A DNA stretch of 49,649 bases. It comes from a bacterium. GTDB lineage: Bacteria; CSSED10-310; JAJRTK01. Positions 47,256-49,649 of the stretch are shown one piece after another; position 1 is the stretch's first letter; every line of letters starts with the position of its first letter. The stretch lies in contig JAJRTK010000459.1 in the NCBI GenBank assembly GCA_024278345.1, positions 1-49,649 of the forward strand. Direction: 5' to 3'. The notes below the pieces were generated by a model. That model was not told the origin of the DNA, made no database searches, and saw only the letters and a list, made by a program, of their open reading frames with translations. The translations under genes were made by a program, and so were the position numbers.

Positions 47256-48647
47256 ATGTCTAAGGCCACCCATTCCACCAAGCGTGTCCCGTCCATTCTG
47301 GTCGTGGACGACGAGCCAAGCATGCGTGAGTTCTTGAGCATTCTATTGGAAAAGGACGGCTATACGGTCCACACGGCGGCGGGAGGACGCCAGGCGCTGA
47401 GCCTTCTTGGGAAGCAAGCCATCGACCTCGTGATCACGGATATCCAAATGGAAGACATGGATGGCCTCGAGCTCATTGCTCAAGTCCAAGCCACGAATCC
47501 TCATTGTGGACTCCTGGCCATTACGGCTTATGGTTCGAGCCAGATTGGCCTCGACGCAATGAAGCTAGGCGCCTACGACTACGTCACCAAGCCGTTCCAG
47601 GTGGATGAGATCCGGATCATCGTCATCAAGGCATTGGAGAATATCAAGCTTCGTACAGGGAACGCGAACCTCAAGACCGAATTGGCCAGCCGCAGCCACC
47701 TTTACGACATTGTGGGAACGTCCGATGCGATGCAGCAAGTGTATCAGATCATCACTCGCGTGGCCGATCTGGACTCCACCGTCCTGCTGACAGGGGAGAG
47801 TGGAACAGGAAAAGAGCTCGTGGCTCGGGCGATCCATTTTTGGGGTCGGCGCCGTTCAGAACCGTTCGTGTCAGTCAATTGTGGGGCACTTCCCGAGACA
47901 CTGCTAGAAAGCGAACTCTTTGGGCATCAGAAAGGCGCGTTTACTGGTGCGTTCCGCCAAAAGCCAGGGCTCCTGGAAGCTGCGGACGGAGGCACTTTCT
48001 TTCTAGACGAGATCGGAGATACTCCACCTCTCATCCAAGTCAAACTTCTCCAAGCACTCCAAACGAAACGGTTCAAGCGAGTGGGTGGAGAAGCCGAATT
48101 ATCGGTGGATGTCCGCTTCATCGCGGCAACGAACAGAGATCTCCACAACTTGGTCCGGGAGGGACAGTTTCGAGAAGACCTTTACTACCGCCTCAACGTG
48201 ATCCCCGTTCATCTTGCTCCCTTGCGAGATCGCCGCGAAGACATCCCCCTCTTGGTGGGTCATTTTCTCAAGAGGTATGCCGAAAAGTGCAAGACCCACC
48301 CCAAAACTGTCTCCCCCACTGCGCTTGAAAGACTCCTCCGACATGACTGGCCCGGCAATGCCAGAGAATTGGAAAACACGATAGAAAGGGCCGTCGCCCT
48401 TACTGCTGGAGATGTCCTGGACATCCCGAGCCTCTCCCTTATCCACAACTCTCCACACGCGATGACGCTCCCCGTTCCAGAACTGGGCGACACTCCATTT
48501 AACCTCGAGGAATACTTGGCATCCATTGAGAAAAAGCTTATACGCCAAGCTCTTGAAAAGAGCTATGGCAAAAAGACCCAGGCCGCCAAGCTTCTTGGTC
48601 TCACTTTTCGGTCCCTTCGCTATCGGATCGAAAAGCTGGGAATCTAA
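47256..48647 (+). CDS. pilR: Sigma-54-dependent response regulator PilR (NtrC family)
   Basis: Receiver ILVVDDE...DIQM...TKPF, GESGTGKE, GAFTGA, WPGNARELEN, Fis HTH. Confidence 0.92.
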   Translation: MSKATHSTKRVPSILVVDDEPSMREFLSILLEKDGYTVHTAAGGRQALSLLGKQAIDLVITDIQMEDMDGLELIAQVQATNPHCGLLAITAYGSSQIGLDAMKLGAYDYVTKPFQVDEIRIIVIKALENIKLRTGNANLKTELASRSHLYDIVGTSDAMQQVYQIITRVADLDSTVLLTGESGTGKELVARAIHFWGRRRSEPFVSVNCGALPETLLESELFGHQKGAFTGAFRQKPGLLEAADGGTFFLDEIGDTPPLIQVKLLQALQTKRFKRVGGEAELSVDVRFIAATNRDLHNLVREGQFREDLYYRLNVIPVHLAPLRDRREDIPLLVGHFLKRYAEKCKTHPKTVSPTALERLLRHDWPGNARELENTIERAVALTAGDVLDIPSLSLIHNSPHAMTLPVPELGDTPFNLEEYLASIEKKLIRQALEKSYGKKTQAAKLLGLTFRSLRYRIEKLGI

Positions 48648-48668
48648 CAGGAATCCACGGAGACGACG

Positions 48669-49157
48669 ATGCATACACGAAACCTTCGATCCCAGCTCGC
48701 GGGCTGCGCCGGCAAAGCAGACTCCAAAGTGCCCGCCTACCTAAGCCTGTTGGTCCTGAGCGTCGGGCTTTATGTCGGCTGGCTCTACTTTGCGCCCTAT
48801 TGGAACCACAGGACGCTCCTTGATCACGTCAAGAACCAGGGTGTTCTCGATGCCTTCGTCAAGCGGCGCCCAAGCCCAGAGTCCGTAAGGAATAAGATTC
48901 TCAATGAAGTTCGGCGGCTAGGTATAGCGTTCGACCCCGAGCGGCACAAAGATTTCCTCCAGGTGACAAGAGTGTCCGGACTCACCTTCAAGATCGAGCT
49001 AAAATACCGCCAAACGATTACAGTACCAGGGTTCGAGCCCCAAACTTACGCCTACGAAATCATCTTTGACGGCAAAGACATCACCCGTGATATGACGAAG
49101 CTCCTTGGCGACAAGGAGGCCGCAGGCAAGGAGGATGACGAGGACGAGGATTTTTGA
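48669..49157 (+). CDS. DUF4845-like single-TM protein with acidic tail
   Basis: Basic leader, G, then hydrophobic helix ending in P-Y; family resemblance by eye only. Confidence 0.6.
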   Translation: MHTRNLRSQLAGCAGKADSKVPAYLSLLVLSVGLYVGWLYFAPYWNHRTLLDHVKNQGVLDAFVKRRPSPESVRNKILNEVRRLGIAFDPERHKDFLQVTRVSGLTFKIELKYRQTITVPGFEPQTYAYEIIFDGKDITRDMTKLLGDKEAAGKEDDEDEDF

Positions 49158-49162
49158 CGGAT

Positions 49163-49316
49163 GGAACCTATCAGATCCGGTTGACAAGTCCACGCACGAA
49201 AGGAACCCACCGTTCAATTCCGTGAATCCCGTCCAGCCCGCCACCGGCAAGATGCCGGTGCCACCAAGGCGGCGCTGCGGAGTGTAAAGCAAAAACGCGG
49301 GGATTTGATAGGTCCC
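49163..49316 (+). mobile_element. MITE family B, copy 2 (154 bp)
   Basis: Colinear with 46892-47045; TIRs GGAACCTATCAGAT / ATTTGATAGGTCCC; 8-bp duplication TGACGGAT (49155-49162, 49317-49324). Confidence 0.9.
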
Positions 49317-49573
49317 TGACGGATCGGCTCCTCCACGGGATTCTCCCAGTTCGGTCACGAATCAGTTTCAACGAATGGGGCATCCCGGGAGGCTCCCTGG
49401 TAAGCCGACCCATTGACAGACCGAAAGATGACCAAAGCCCCACAAGAGTGATGAAACGGTAGTGTACGGCAGAGTCGATTGCTGGCAGAATAACGGGCTG
49501 AGGCGGAACATGCAGGAAGCAACCGTGAAGAGAAGAGCCTCCTTGTGGGTGGGACATCTTCAACGCATCGTGA

Positions 49574-49649
49574 GGGTATCCACGCAAAGCGGGACAATGG
49601 GTCGCGGAAAAAAACTTGGCATCGGGCAGCGCCGCGCTCCGCTCGGCGG
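49574..49649 (+). mobile_element. MITE family A, left end (runs off window)
   Basis: GGGTATCCACGCAAAGCGGGACA and downstream CGCTCGGCGG match the other copies. Confidence 0.75.

Overview
GC-rich bacterial chromosomal window. The pilB-pilT-pilC-pilS-pilR and rho-rpmE-prfA-prmC gene orders suggest a deltaproteobacterial, Acidobacteriota-like or candidate-phylum organism (inference). At the left edge, the end of an IS1-family element and an AT-rich repeat-bearing segment lie downstream of a minus-strand tmRNA (tag ANEPELALAA), probably the border of an ssrA-integrated island. The 2-23 kb block encodes very large exported proteins: a six-lamin-tail-domain protein, a Thr/Pro-stalked surface protein with a similar C-terminal anchor, and a 1798-aa protein next to a thioester alpha-2-macroglobulin. 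Core genes follow: WS/DGAT, Nudix, tatA, an RsbW-like kinase, prmC, prfA, rpmE, rho, folD (in-frame TAA), larB, a PLD nuclease, hslU, dapB, panB and type IV pilus genes. The intergenic DNA holds two MITE families with verifiable TIRs and target duplications, a four-copy structured motif, and a repeat-spacer-repeat unit with a 61-bp period at the rho stop codon that resembles an off-target Cas1-Cas2 spacer integration.
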